From: Carcharhinus longimanus
Lineage: Eukaryota
NCBI GenBank assembly: GCA_030264375.1
Contig: JASCQW010000081.1
Span: 62,166,300-62,227,780 of the forward strand
Direction: 5' to 3'
Length of the DNA: 61,481 nt
Under the pieces are notes generated by a model. That model was given only the letters and a program-made list of their open reading frames with translations. It was not told the origin of the DNA and did not search any database. Shown here piece by piece: positions 37,349 to 51,794 of this stretch; position 1 is the stretch's first letter, and every line of letters starts with the position of its first letter. A program made the position numbers and the translations under genes.

Positions 37349-37469
37349 ACCTCGAGATTGAAATCCTGCGTCATTTTCAGAACATGTGGCTATGAATGGC
37401 TGGACTTCTGCAGCGATCTTTCACTATGCAGCCACTTAATGTCAGGGGTTCAGTGGGGTTGGCCAACAT

Positions 37470-38070
37470 TGAACATAAGCACATAAGAAATAGGAGCAGG
37501 AGTGGGCCATCTAGCCCATCGAGCCTGCCCCGCCATTCAATAAGATCATGGCTGATCTGACGTGGCTCAGTTCCACTTTCCCGCCCTCTCCCCATAACCC
37601 TTAATCCCCTTGCCTATCAAAAACCTATCAACCCGCGNNNNNNNNNNNNNNNNNNNNNNNNNNNNNNNNNNNNNNNNNNNNNNNNNNNNNNNNNNNNNNN
37701 NNNNNNNNNNNNNNNNNNNNNNNNNNNNNNNNNNNNNCTTTTTATATATTTATAAAAACTCTTACTATCCTTTTTTATATTTAGCGCTAGCCCAGCTTCA
37801 TAGTTTATCCTACCTTTCTTTATCAACTTCTTCATCATTCTTTGTTGATATTTAAACCTCTCCCAATCCTCTTCTCGCCCAGTACTCTTAGCTACTGTTT
37901 TTCATCCGCTTTTAATTTAATACTCTCCTTTACCTCCTTCGTTATCCACAGCTGATTATCTCTCCTCCTACGATCCTTCTTAACCATAGGAATAAATTTC
38001 TGCTGAGCACCAAGAAAGATCCTTAAAGATCCTCCACTGTTCCTCAGCAGACCTACCTTCCAATGTGCTC
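37470..38070 (-). mobile_element. CR1 LINE pieces either side of a gap
   Basis: Reverse tail aacataagcacataagaaataggagcagg; LALNIKKDSKSFYKYIK and WITKEVKESIKLK. Confidence 0.85.
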
Positions 38071-39234
38071 CTCCTATCAACATTGGGTGCAGGTGGGTGT
38101 GAGTACTGGTAGAGAGGCTTGAGGGCACCACTTTTAATCTGCAACTTTCAGCCTGGCTGCACACAGCGAAAGCTGCAGAAAGTACATAATACATTTCCTA
38201 AATATTGTAACCATTAAACTTGATGCTGGTAGCCAATATGAGGTAGCAGCCAGTAATATAAGGAATAGAATATGGTGCTCATTTGCTGTGTTTTTTGATG
38301 TAACAAAATTGCACCATGAAGAGTTTTTATTTTGAGTGCCAATGTGCTCAGTTTATGTTGCACACTAATTGACCCAGCAGATAAGAGAATTAACAGTCAA
38401 GTGCCCCTTATTGCTGCAGTAACACATTACTGATATGATGCTGTCAATAGCATTTTGGACTTTCAGGATGTGAAATAAAAATTGCAAGCACCACTCAGTC
38501 TACTGCTAGGTCTCTGGGAGAAAATTATGAAGCTGTTTGCCTCGATGTACAACACATCAATAACCTCCTTGACATATCTGACCATTACGATTGACTGCTG
38601 TCACTAATGTCCATTGTAGTAAAGATATCACAACCAGAAACAGCTTAACCCTACTACAGGCAAATCATTGCTCTGCTCTCCCCTCATTTTAATCTACCTC
38701 AATGACTGGACGTAAGTCTGTTTCTATCTACTCTGTTCAATCCCACATCTCTTTCCAAATTTTAATTTCCCGTATTCTCTCCAAAAAAGAGCCAAAAACA
38801 TAAAATAGTTACCTGGGTGATTACAGTACCATTAATGCAGTGAAGTGTGTTGAGCAGGCTGTGGGGCAAGAATTTTTTAAAGCACGTTTTCAGCTCTGAA
38901 ATAAGTGCTATGTGCACAGTACACTTTCCAACCTGGAGACCTGAGGCTGGCCCAAAATTGGGCTGTGACCCTCACTGACAATGCTCGGTCAAGCTGCCTG
39001 CCCTGTTGCGTCTCCACAGAGAATGAATGTCACCAGGAAGTGACTTGAAATGATGTTGTGAGAGGAGAATGGAAGGAGAGTCCATGTACAGGCTGACCTT
39101 TTGCACGTTCTGTGGAATTGGGAAGGGCACTCCTGGTTCCACATCAAATTTCTTCATTTATAAGCAACTTACTGGTGATTGCCACCTTGAAAAAATGAGT
39201 AGCATTCTACACACCAGGCATCCTGATTTCATTA

Positions 39235-39990
39235 AAGTAAAATACTGCTGGAACCTGAAAGAAAAACAGGAAATGCTGCAAAATCTCAGCAAATCTGACA
39301 GCATCTATGAGAGGAAATAAAGCCAAGGGGGGCAACTCAGCCTGCCGTGCTCCTCGAGCAGCGCAACAGGCCAGGAGACAACAGTAGTGGCTCATTCACA
39401 GGCTTTCCCCGGGTGGGGGGTGAGTAGTCATTTGGATCGGGAGATGGCTGGGATTGTCTGGGGAGGAGGAGTGGGGAAGGCAGCGCAGTCGGGGAGATCA
39501 GGGCTGGCCAGGGTTGGGGGGATTAGAGGTTGGTCNNNNNNNNNNNNNNNNNNNNNNNNNNNNNNNNNNNNNNNNNNNNNNNNNNNNNNNNNNNNNNNNN
39601 NNNNNNNNNNNNNNTGGCCAACGATCGGCTGGTCAGCAATCTGGAGGGTGCCAATTCTGTGGGGGGGGGGGCACTGCCCATGCACCAATTTCCACTCTGC
39701 CAGATCGGCACATGCACAGTGGCCTGCTCAGCTCTATGCTGCCAGCCTCTCGGGCGAGTAAATTCTGCTGGCGCACCCTGTGATGCATAGAGTGTCAGAG
39801 ATTCATTCTGGAAATCACATTAAAACACCGGTGGGATTTACTCCCATTTTCCCTCACACTGGGAACTTAGAATTTTTTTGGGGATAATCCCGGCAAAAGT
39901 TTCCCATCCAGATTTGAAATGTTGGCTCTGTTCTGCCTCCACAGACATTGTCAAATCTGCCGAGTTTTTCCAGCATTTCTGTTTTTGATC
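39235..39990. mobile_element. Inverted pair of PLE-tail-type arms enclosing part of a TIR element
   Basis: 39255-39315 and 39935-39990 are reverse-complementary. 39320-39895 ends acttagaatttttttggggataatcccggc, matching the TIR of 10663-11545. Confidence 0.65.
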
Positions 39991-41924
39991 CCAATTTAAT
40001 TGATTGATGAGTCTCAAAACAGCCATTTAGCTCCTCAGTAACATTTATACTTTATACCTGTGAAATGGATGTAATCGGGTCCAATTTCTATCCTGCTGTT
40101 TCCCTGGTGAAATATAGCTTGTATTAAAGATTTCCTGGCTATTCCCAGATGAAGATGTTTGTGGATCTCCGGGCAAGCGCATGTAGATAAAGGCAGGAAT
40201 GCACAGTCTACATATGGAGTGCAAGTGAACTTGCCTCAGATTTCACCTTTCATCCGCTTCTTCTTCCCCCAGGCACCACCCCAGCCCCAGCCCCACCACA
40301 AAACCCCACAGAAAGAATGTCCGTTGGAAATCCAGTCTCCAAAAAGTATGGCAGAAATAAAGAAACTATAGTAAAAAGAGCACAGAGCTCAGCTTCCACA
40401 AATCATAGTTTAAAATCTGGTTTCCTAAATGCTGCAAACAAAGACACAGCTGGTGCTCCTGATAGATCAGCAGTGCTTCAATCTGATCATTAACTTTATG
40501 AGTGAACTGAGCACATTACAAAGTGAAATCAAAATCAAGCCTGAGCTCGTTTAATTTCATGCATTAACATATTAAAATCACACTCTTGTGTGCATTTTAT
40601 GCAAGAGCACTTCAATCTAGCTTAAAAAGTCAGCAGCATGATCACATGCAGCCAAAGTGGAGGCAGGTTTGTTCAGCAAGAGTGATCGCCACCTGATTCC
40701 AAGCCTTATTTACATATTCCATTCCAGCTTCACCCATCACAACTTTGGTTTACTGTTGCTTTCCATTCTCTGTCTCTTATCTGTTTATATTTCTGGCCTA
40801 GAAATGGGACTTCATTTGCCCTGTCAGCAAAAACACAGCCATTCGTGGAGTCATACAGCAAGTCTTTATATGACTGATCTTTATAAGAACTATTCAATTA
40901 GTCCCACTCCTCTAATATTTTTTCCCTACAGCCCACCATGTTTTTATTTTAAAGTATTCCAGGGCTCACCATTTGATATTTAATTGTGATTTTTGATCAT
41001 GTAACATTTGCCCAATGTCTACAAGTATGATTGCATTTACCTTAATTGAGTGCCTCATTACTCTAACCTTCCCAAGATAATTATGTCATGATACACAATA
41101 TCTTTTTGATTAGATGCACAATTTGGACAGATGTGTTTTAGAATTGTTATGGAGATCTGTATTGCATGTGTCAGAGTATGAGTAAACAAAAAGAAAATCG
41201 ATGCAAAAATATCCATGTCCATTAGACAGTTTGCATAGATTATAGAGGCATTTTGTTGTAATTGGCTGGTTCACAGTGATCAATTTGCTCACACTCACAA
41301 ATAGTTTTGGAATGTAAAAATATGAGAAGAGTCTTTTTTGTACAAAATTTTGGTAGCTTATTGTAGGCTCAGCAAATTAATCTGCAGCAGTTGATTGAAA
41401 GGAGCTGCACCAATTGTGACACTCATTCCAATCTGTGCAACTCCTTGGAGGCATCTTTTATGTTCCTCATGATCAGTTTCTTTCCGTACCAATTTTATAG
41501 TGAGTAGAGCAGAACAGAAAGCAGTGTACTGGACAAACAGTTAAAATGGATTCGATATTAGACCCTAGTGTGTTACATACTTTTTAAATATATTTAATAA
41601 TTGCAGTGATCACTGGTTNNNNNNNNNNNNNNNNNNNNNNNNNNNNNNNNNNNNNNNNNNNNNNNNNNNNNNNNNNNNNNNNNNNNNNNNNNNNNNNNNN
41701 NNNNNNNNNNNNNNNNNNATGGGCATGGGTGCTGTGATTTGCTCATTCAGATCAAAGTGAGTAAGACACAAATTTGATCTGCCCACTTCATCTGCATGAT
41801 TTCAGCACAGGGATATTTGCCTCCAATGTTGGTCTCCTCTTTGTAATATTTTTGGTTTTGTTTTGGGGTACCTTCATATCCACACTGTTTTTCCCTTTGA
41901 GGAATAGTAGAAGATGTGTTGGAA

Positions 41925-42062
41925 GGATTCCTGAGTAATTATCAGCCCATTTAACATGAAATGAAAGCACCTTCCATGGCTAGCAAGTCCTGGTGTTGGA
42001 CTTCAACCCGGCGCTTCGGGTGCAGAGGTAACAGCACTAGCACTGTGTCACAAGATCTCCCT
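41925..42062 (-). mobile_element. tRNA-headed SINE 5' fragment
   Basis: Minus strand gggagatcttgtgacacagtgctagtg..ccgggttgaagtcc (box A/B-like). Confidence 0.55.
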
Positions 42063-43959
42063 AATGTTTCTGGTAAGCTCTGGAGATAGAGGATGGCAAT
42101 GGGAATGTTGTCTTCCAATTGTGCTGGCAGCCTGCTTTTTCTTGATGGCTGGCAGCCTTTAAAGACAAGTTGGAACAACAGATTGTCCAATTGGAAAATA
42201 CTGAAAAAGAACGTCAGGGTACACTGAAGGATCTAGACTGTTGGATATGGTGCTGGAGCTATTGATGCTGCTGGTGCACAGGAGGTGAGAAGTCTTGGCC
42301 CAGAAGACTGTAAGAACCATCCTTATCACAGGGCAAAAGGCAAAGAGAATGATAATGGTTGTAGTAAAAAAAAATTGGTCCAGAACATTTTCCATGTAGT
42401 GGATAAATGACTATTTTTTAAAACTCTTATATTATAAAAGACTGCAACAGAGGTCACATGACTATGGCAAGCCACAATGCACAAAGGCACCTGTCTGGAC
42501 ATGTGCCTTTTCATAAACTGGAAAAATAAATAGACCAGAATTTTAAAATTTTTCTTCTAAGTGTTATCTCTGGCAGGAAAAGCGGAGGGCAGCCCGCCAG
42601 CTGCCATGCTGGGTTTTCCCACCGTACTTTTGAGCACCATAGGGAAACAAAATGGAACCCAGCAACCTTGGCCTCTGACACATTGGGGGAACCTTTAAAA
42701 ATACATCCCAATGTGAAAAAATTAAAGATAATAAATGGACACGGAACTATCACACCCCACTCCAACATACGTAAAGGACTGCCAGGGTACTGCCCAGGCA
42801 TGACTCTCTTTCCCATGGGGGCTGTACATACTTGCGTGCCCTTGGCGGATTCTGTTCGCCAGATCTTCAGTTTCCAGATCTGTTGTAGTGTCCACCAACA
42901 TGACAACGTGGATGGGACAAGGGGCAAAGAGATCCCTGCGGGGGTGGGGAGGGGGGGGAGTGGTGATATAACGGGAAGTCTTGTTAATGATAATGATGTA
43001 AATATATGGTAATGAGGTTCCTGATGGCAGGAACCCTATTGCATTATTGACAGGGGCTAGAGACAATCTCAACGAGAAATCCTACTGGTGTTAAAGCTGT
43101 TTTGGGACTCCTGTTAGATTGTCTGCCCTCTGTGGCCTTCCCGCCCACTGAAAACATGGACACTAAATCCCTCCCATTGAATGCAGTGCCATTTGCTGTT
43201 GCAAGTTATCCACATTCATGGGTCAGAATTTACTTATAAGATTGGGGCATGTGTCCAACTTGGAAGCATGTAAAATTGCATGAAAAGATGTCAGACATGT
43301 GCCCCAAAGTCATTGCACCCTCACGCAATATTTTGGTCTGTTGAGTTGCAAGGACCCCCCCACCCCACAACAATCAAATTAATTGCACACCAATAGCCAG
43401 GATTTTATGTTGCCCGTCTGTCTTTACGTTTGGTGGGCAGGCCAAATGGAACAACTGCTTTTATGTTTAAGCTGCAACTTTGATCCAGGGTAGGATGTAA
43501 TGTCAGCTCAGATAGAATTAACAAATGATTTTGCAGACTAATGTCTGTGTATGATTGTGTTGCCTTGGTACTTGTGCCATTGTTTTAACGTTAATTTTTT
43601 TTCATAGATTAGCAACTCCCTGAAATTGCATTTCGAGGCTGACCAGCCGGGAACATTTTTTGCGCTTGTTCCCAAGCCTGCTGAGTGCACGTAAACAACA
43701 GGAAAAATGCAGGCCATGGTCTTTAAAGAAGATTATCATGCATTGTCAAAAACCTTTGGTCACGCTGGTGTATCATACTTCCATTTATCTTTGCACATGA
43801 ATTGCAGATGATCTTTAAGGCATTTAGGCCTTCTAATCATGCATGTAGTTGGCTGTTTATCAGGTCCCTGAGATTGCATTGCCTCTCCAGGGAATGTTGA
43901 AGATCTGATGCCTTTGTAGGGGAACATCTTATCTCTGGAATTGAAGGTTATCCAGTTCT

Positions 43960-46900
43960 TTGTTCAGGTGGCAAAACCAATCTTCCTCAGCAGTTTCTCT
44001 GATTGCATGCATATGTTACACTTTTGACAATATATCTGGGTGTTTTCTTTCCCCGTGTATGGTTGAGGTGACAACTCCTCCTCACAGATTCCAAGTTGCC
44101 AAGTAGTCTGACTTTGTTCTGTATGGGATGTTTGCACTCTGACCAGCTCTCCAACTCTCTGCTCCACTCTGGCAATGATTTGGCAGTTTTATCAAAGTGA
44201 ACTCTGGCTTTCTGTCATTTTACTTTGCTATTGTCACTCACTCCAATAACTACTTCTGGCTTTGATAGTTTTCTTTGCTATTGGAAGAGTAGCCTGCGTG
44301 GAGCATGACATTTGTTGCTGGATTGGTCTACTTTCCATGCCTTCAGTTGGTGTACTTCTCTAGGATTGCCTTATGTGTCAATATATCAGTAAATGCTTTG
44401 GAAATTATGTCATTAAGCTAATTGCATTATTAAGGACAAGTGATTATCATTGCCTAACTTCCAAAAGAGTATGGACACAGCTGGAACAGTTGGTGTTGGG
44501 AACCATATGTAGTTTGTAACTCTACTGGGTTGTATGAAAAATAATCTTGCTGAAGATAAAAGGCAAGCTGTTGTGTATTATTCCTCTCCCATTAACTAAT
44601 AATGGAATTAACATTATGTACATCTGTGGTGGATCTGTTTGATTCTTTGATGATTCCTTTGGCAATTTCCATTGCTGCCTTAGCCTTTCCATTTGACTGA
44701 AGGTAGAGTGGAGATGATGCTTAGTGCTGAATTTCCCAAACGTATACAAAGCACCTGAAGTATGCTTTCAGGTATGCTACAATCTCAGTGATAGTTGTTG
44801 GCATCAGTTTCTCTAACTCCTCCACAACCTCCCCCCTTTTTTGCCCCACACGAGGTTCCCCCCATTCATCACTCCACACAAGAAAAAACAAACAGGAGTA
44901 ATACATATATACAAAAGGAAAAGGCCCATGAGATAAGAAGACAACAAGCCAAAATATAAGGGCAAGGCATCGCAGGGGGCAACAAGGGTTGGATGTGGGC
45001 TGAAAGAAAAGTGGCAGAACACGATGAAGAGGGAACATATCATCTCTCTGTCTAACAGCTTTTATGCCAGTGGGATTTCTCATTGAGATTGTCTCCAGCC
45101 GCTGCCAATAACGCAATGGGGTTCCCATCATCAGGAACTCATTAGCATGTGTTTGCATCAGTAGCAGACCTTCCCTTAGTAATAGTCTGAAAAGTACTGA
45201 AATATTTGAGACAATTAGATCCAGTGAGAATGAAGAGGTCTATTCCAAACTTCATCTATGGATTGTTTGTAATATCATGAGTGGTTTTTTTGCTTTGCTT
45301 TGGTTGATGTTCATTACAAGCATTGCACTAACTGATGTGATTCTTAATCTCATGGCTCATGTTTGGCCAGTGGAGCACTTTTCTTGCCTTTCTCAGATTA
45401 CGTTGAATTACAGGAATGTGCTTCAGCATCTCTTTAGGGACGATGACATGAGTTTTTTTGTACAAGATGCCACCTTAGGCAATCGCTTCATTTCCACGTG
45501 CCTAATACTGCCTAATAAAGGTGTGCCTTTGATGGTTTCAAGCCACCCTTTCACTTCAAGAGTTGCATCTCATTGTGTAGTTTGTTTGATCTGAGCTTAT
45601 CTGTCAGATGTAATTCTCTGCTCAGCTAATGATTTGCAGAGTAGGTTGCTTCTCATTGAATCTGGAAGATTTCACATACCCTTCTAGCATCGCTAACTTT
45701 CTTCAAAGGGAATACAGCTCTCAACATCATGTTGGCAATGTAAATTTGTTTCCCCTGCTTGTACTTCATTTCTAAATGATAAATCTACAAAGTAGCATCA
45801 TTTGCAGATGCTTTGGAGCAGATAGAAGTGGTTTCAGAAAGATGCTTTGAAATGACTTATGGTGAGACTCTACCATCGCTTTGTCTCTCCAAACAGGACT
45901 GATTAAAGTGCTCAGAAGCAAAGACAATAGCTACCCTTGATCTGCAGTAGTGTTGCTCGGTTTCTGTTGACACAATGAATGCAAACATTATCCTTGTCCA
46001 TGAGGATTGTGCCAAGTCCTATTTTGCTGGTATCACACTGCAGGCTGACTTTGACATTTATAGCACTTCAGTACTGGCATGTTATCATTAGTTGCTTAAT
46101 GCGAGTGAAAGCTATTGCTCCTTTTGTACCTCAACGTCAGTTAATGTCCTTTGCAATCAGCTTGTGTAGAGGTTCACACCCTGATTATAAATTGTGCGAG
46201 AATCTGCCTAGGTAGTTCACAAATACAACAAATTGTCGCACTACCTTCAATCTGTTGATTGCTGCATCTCTGCTGCAACTTGCATCTTATCAGGATCAGG
46301 GTGAAATCCTACCACTTTCAAACATGACTTATGTACTTCAATTTAATCATCTTCAGTTGCAGCTAATTCTTGTTAAGTTTCTGGTTCACCTGGCGAGTTC
46401 TGTCTAGCTGTCTCACTGGATTCTAATCATGATCTTTGATGGCACCTTCAAATGAGTCTCCGCATCCTTAAAGTAGCAGACCATCCACAATCACTTCCAT
46501 TCCTGGGAGATCATTGTCTATCCCATGTTGTCTATGTTGATACCGTGTTGGAGCAATAGAAATGCCAAACAGCATGCATAACCATCTGTACCTCTCAAAT
46601 GAGTGCCAAATATCGTCCATGGAGCTGCCATTTCATCCAATATCACTTGCAAGTATCCATCCTTTGTGTCTAGGGAATAAAGATGTTTGCTTAGTAAATT
46701 ACAACAAGATTTCTTCAAAGGCTGGCATAGGGTAGTGAGATTCCTTCAAAACTTCACTGAACTCCGTAGGATCTATGCGCACTCTCAGCTTTCCCGGTTT
46801 TTCATAGCTACCATGCTGCTAATCCAGTCTGTTGGAGTTGTTAGCTTCTTATTTACTCTCATCTTTTCAAGTCCCTCTACCTCTTTCAGGCTCGACATAA

Positions 46901-48381
46901 GGGCAGCTGCTACTGTCCTCGAATGATGCAGAGTTGCTCTCACTTACTTCAGGATAATATGCGCCAGGAAGACATCAAGGAGCTGTCAAACCATCTTTGT
47001 AATTTGTCAGGATCAGTTCAGCAGTTAATGGCTTAGTGCCATGCGAAGCTCTGCAAATCTGTTCTGGTACATGGAGGATTACCAGTCCAAGTTTTTGACT
47101 TGGTTCAACTGAGTTGGGGCAGGAATTCTGCTTAGTGTCTATTATCAGGTATTGCAGATCATCTTTCTTCCCATTGCATTGGGGCCTCGGCTTAGTTTGT
47201 GCTCGTGGGCTGAGCATTGTTGCATTGCATATTCTCAACTTTACATTTGGCTGCTTCATTTTCAGGTTACTATCTTGAGCAACTTCACAGATGAGTGCAA
47301 AGCTCATGATGTTGCATGTAGCACTGAGGTCTATCTGACATTTCATGTTAACTTGATTCTCTCCTTCTGCGGTCATCATTCCAGCAGCTTCAAACCTTTT
47401 TTTAACTTTAGAATTGGTTGAGTGTGGAGTGATTCGTTCAAATCATTTTCCAACATGTCTCCACAACCATATTTATAGGCCTGCTTTTCTTCTTTCCAGC
47501 AAAACACACTGGCGTGTAAAATGATTCAGCCTGTTGTAGTTGGAGCACTGCTTTTCCCATGCTGCATGTGCTTCCTTTTCTTTCATGTGGTATCATGCAT
47601 GATATTTACAGCCAGTGGACTGGCTTTGATCTTCCAGACGGCACTTCTGTAAATTGTGCTTCCTATTCTTCATTGACCTGTGCTTGGATTGCCTCTCAGC
47701 ATTACACAAAGTTTGTCAGTTCACCCATCAATACTTTCCAGCTGATCATCAACAACTTAAAAGCTTCAGCACGTCAATAGCTTTCTCTAGTGTAATTTTC
47801 TCTCCTCTTGACAAATGGGCTCTCATAGTGGGATCTCTTGTTCCTAAGACAGTCCTGGTTCTGATTAGATCGTCCTTCAGTTTCTCAAGCTCTCAGATTC
47901 AGCTAGATGTCTAAGTGCCATTACATACAGATCAATATTCTCACTCTCTTCCTGAACTCTGGTCTAAAAATAGAGTTCATAAATAACATTAGTAGAGGGT
48001 TCAAAGTTGGTCTTCAACACAAGGCTGTCTTTTCTGCTCCTCGGTGAGGTCAAGGGTGCAATACAGCTCATTGCACTTCTTTTCCCAGCACTGATGACAG
48101 AGTTGTTATGCTTATCTTTTTCTGATTTCTTGTTTAACTCTGTGGCAATCTTATAATTTGGCCATTGAAATTGGAAGAATTTCTAATTTATCCTCAAATC
48201 CCCTTTCATCTTCACAGGGGCAAGTATTGGAATATTCAGAGTCAAACTGATTCACCCAACTGTCAATATTCTTCACAAAGTTTCAGATTAACATTTTAAT
48301 TATTCTTGTTTTTTCTACATCTGTTGGTTCTTGTACAGCTAAGAAAATCTACTTAATTTGAGCTGCACACTCCTGACACTA
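43960..48381 (-). mobile_element. Decayed Ty3/Gypsy LTR retrotransposon internal region (gag-PR-RT-RH-IN)
   Basis: Gag (APVKMKGDL..QWPNYKIATEL; knuckle QCSNYNRLNHFTRQC), protease CQIDLSATCNIM, RT LDTKDGYLQVILDE, RNase H ESHHKSFQSIFLKPLLSAPKHLQ, integrase SSPLYLQSNGKA, TPTEGM, FDKTAKSLPE, GELVRVQ, all in Gypsy order. Many stops and two internal interruptions. Confidence 0.9.
48366..48381 (-). promoter_or_regulatory. Primer-binding site remnant (tRNA-Leu type)
   Basis: Minus strand tagtgtcaggagtgtg versus TGGTGTCAGGAGTGGG (complement of the tRNA-Leu(CAG) 3' end), just upstream of gag. Confidence 0.6.
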
Positions 48382-48549
48382 GAGTACAGTTAATGGTAGA
48401 ATGATGAACAGTTCTGTCTGAAAGCAAAAACATGGCAAATAAAAGAATAAAATTGGAGGACAGAGTTATGGTCTGAAGTTGTTGAACTCAAGTTGTTGTC
48501 CAGAATGTTGCAAAGTGCTTAATCAGTTTGTGAGATGCTGTTCCTCAGT

Positions 48550-49187
48550 AATTTTTTTTTTGTCTTCACAGTAGAAGATAAAAAAAAGTTTTGGAAATAA
48601 TGGGGATTTGAGGTCTAGCAAGAATAAGCAACTTAAAGAATTTGGTGTAGGTAAATAAATAGTACTAGAGAAATTCATGCAATTAAGTGGTAATAAATGC
48701 CCTGGGCCTGATGACTACCATCCTAGAATTTATCTGCAGAGATAGTGGGGGCATTGATTTTGATCTTCCATTATTATTAAGATCCTCAAACAGCTCACAT
48801 GGATCGTAGGGTAGCAAACATAACCCTGCTTTTCAAGAAATGAGGGAAAAAGATGGAGAACGATAAGCCAGTTTGCATGACATCAGTTACACAGAATGCT
48901 AGAATCTGTTATTTGGGGTTTGATAATATAACATAATTAAGGAAAGTCGTCATGGATTTGTGAAAAGAAAGTTATCATGGATTTGTGTGTTTTGGCAATA
49001 AATTAACACGGATTGATTAATGGACAGAATCCCAAATAGGAATAAACAAGACATTTTTTGAGTTCCCGGATTGTGACTAGAAGGATACGACAAGAATCAG
49101 TACTTGGGGCTTCAGCTACTCCCAAACTATATTAATGACTTTGAGCTGACTGACTGTAACAAATCCAAACTCACTGATGATACTTAC
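48550..49187 (+). mobile_element. Old CR1 RT fragment
   Basis: KCPGPDDYHPRI, VANITLLFK, ESVLG..INDF, KLTDDT remnants. Confidence 0.75.
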
Positions 49188-51075
49188 TTAGAACGTAAGA
49201 ATTAGGAGCAGGACTAGGCCGTCTGGCACTTTGAGCCTGCTCCGCCATTCAATAAGATCATGGCTAATCTTTTCATGGGTCACTCCACTTACCCGCTTGC
49301 TCACCATAACCCTTAATTCCTTTACTGTTCAAAGATTTATCTATCCTTGCCCTAAAAACATTCAATAAAGTAGCCCCAACTGCTTCATGGGGCAGGGAAT
49401 TCCACAGATTCAGAACCCTTTGTGTAAAGAAGTTCCTTCTCAACTCAGTCCTAAACCTGCTCCCCCTTATTTTAAGGCCATGCCCTAGTTCTAGTTTCAT
49501 CTGCCAGTGGAAACAACTTTCCTGCTTCTTTTTTATCTATTCTGTTCATAATTTTATATGTTTCTGTCAGATCTCCCCTGATCCTTCTGAATTCCAATGA
49601 GTATAGCCCCAGTCCACTTAGTCTCTCCTCATAAGCCAACCCTCTCAACTCCAGAGTCAACCTAGTGAATTTCCTCTGCACCTCCTCCAGTGCCAGTATA
49701 TCCTTTCTCCAGTGAGGGGACCAAAACTGTACACAGTACTCCAGGTGTGGCCTCACCAGCACCTTATATAACTGCAACCTAACCTCACTGTTTTTAAACT
49801 CCTTGCCTCTAGAATGAAGGACAAAATTCTGCCTTCTTAATTACCTGCTGCATCTGCAAACCATCTCCTTGTGATTCTTGCACAAGGACACCCAGGTCAC
49901 TTTGCACAGCCTCATGATGCAATTTTTTACTATTTAAATAATAGTCCGTTTTGCTGTTATTCCTACCAAAATGGGTGACCTCACATTTACCAACATTGTA
50001 CTCCAACTGTCAGACACTCGCCCACTCATTTAGACTATCTATTTCCTTTTGCAGACTTTCAGCATCTCTACATTTTACTCTGCCACTCATCTGCGAATTT
50101 TGACACACTACATTTTGGCACCCAATTCCAAATCATCTATGTAAATTGTAAACAATTGCAGTCCCAACACTGATCCCTGAGACACACCACTAGTCACTGA
50201 TCTCCAACCAGAAAACAATCAATTTACTCCCACTCTTTGCTTTCTATTAGTTAACCAATCCTCTATCCACACTAATACATTACACATAACACCATGTACC
50301 TTTATCTTATGCAGCAGTTTTTGATGCAGCACTTTGTCAAATACCTTCTGGAAATCCAGATACACCACATCCACAGGTTTCCCATTGTCCACTATACATA
50401 TAATGTTCTCAAAGAATTCCACCAAATTAATCAAACACGACCTGCTCTTCATGAACCCATGCTGCATCTTACCAATGGGACAATTTCTATCCAGATGTTT
50501 TGCTATTTCTTCCTTGATGGTAGGTTCAAGCATTTTCCCTACTACAGAAGTTAAGCTAACCAGTCTATAGTTACCTGCGTTTTGTCTACCTCCTTTTTTA
50601 AACAGTAGCGTCACATTTGCTATTTTCCAATCTGCGGGAACCACTCCAGAGTCCAGCAAACTTTGGTAAATTTACCAATAATGCATTTGCTATTTCCCCT
50701 GCAATCTTTTTTCGTACCCTGAGATGCATTCCATCAGGGTCAGGAGATTTGTCTATCGTTAGCTCCATTAGCTTGCCCAACAACTGCCTCTTTCATGATA
50801 GTGATAGTTTCTAAGTCCTCACCTGCCATAGCCTTCCTGTCATCAATTTTTGGCATATTATTTGTGTCTTCCACTGTGAAGACTGACACAAAATACCTGT
50901 TCAATGCCTCAGCTATTTTCTCATTTCCAGTTATTACATCCCCCTTCTGATCCTCTAAAGGACCAATGTTTACTTTTGCCATTCTTTTTCGTTTTATATA
51001 TTTGTAGAAACTTTTGCTATCTGTTTTTATATTCTGAGCTATTTACTCTCATAATCCATCTTGCCTTTCTTCATA
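49188..51075 (-). mobile_element. CR1 (HER1-like) LINE, ~1.9 kb 3' portion with RT, frameshifted
   Basis: DWKIANVTLLFKKG..NYRLVSLTSVVGK, QHGFMKSRSC, YLDFQKVFDKV, LYKVLVRPHLEYCVQFWSP, RRNFFTQRVLNLWNSLP and 3' tail. Confidence 0.95.
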
Positions 51076-51206
51076 ACTCTTTACCCCACACCAGCCAACC
51101 CAACCCCAGGAAGCTGCTGGCAAATCTAATAGAATTCAAAGAATGGCCTTCCAGGGGATGGGAAAGCTACATGCTTTCTATTTAATCCCTGAACCACCAC
51201 ATGTTT

Positions 51207-51478
51207 TAAAGTTTATTTATTAATCACAAATAGGCTTACATTAACACTGCAATGAAGTTACTGTGAAAATTCCCTATTCGCCAGACTCCAGCACTTGTTC
51301 AGTACATTGAGGGAGAATTTAGCAAGGTCAGTGCACCTAATCGGCACATCTTTCGCACTGTGGGGGGAAACCCATGCAGAAATGGGGAGAACGTGCAGAC
51401 TCTGCAGAGAGTGTCCCAAGCCAGGAATCAAACCTTGGTGTTGTGAGGCAGCAGTGCTAATCACTGTCTCACCGTGCC
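51207..51478 (-). mobile_element. HE1-like V-SINE with alternative 3' tail
   Basis: HE1-like head on the minus strand; tail aggcttacattaacactgcaatgaagttactgtgaaaat also found at 56553-56635. Confidence 0.8.
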
Positions 51479-51794
51479 TCCTATGTAGGGGTTCCAGGAT
51501 AATGGATGTCAACTGGTTATTTAATGAACCTTGATGACATATCAAAGACAGTTCCTGGGAATCCCACATCAGCACCTCCCAGCGTTTGACAAAATGGCAG
51601 GGGAGCTTGGTTTAGACGGGGTGGTGGGATGGGTGCTGTTAGAACAATGTCTCTCTCACAGTTCAGTGGGCTTGGCTGCCATGTTTCCCACTGCGATGGT
51701 CTGCCTTACATTCAGCCCATTGACTTTTATTCGTCATTTCAATTTGAAAAATTAAAGTTAGTATATGTAGGTGGGAAATTGAATCTGGAACCTG

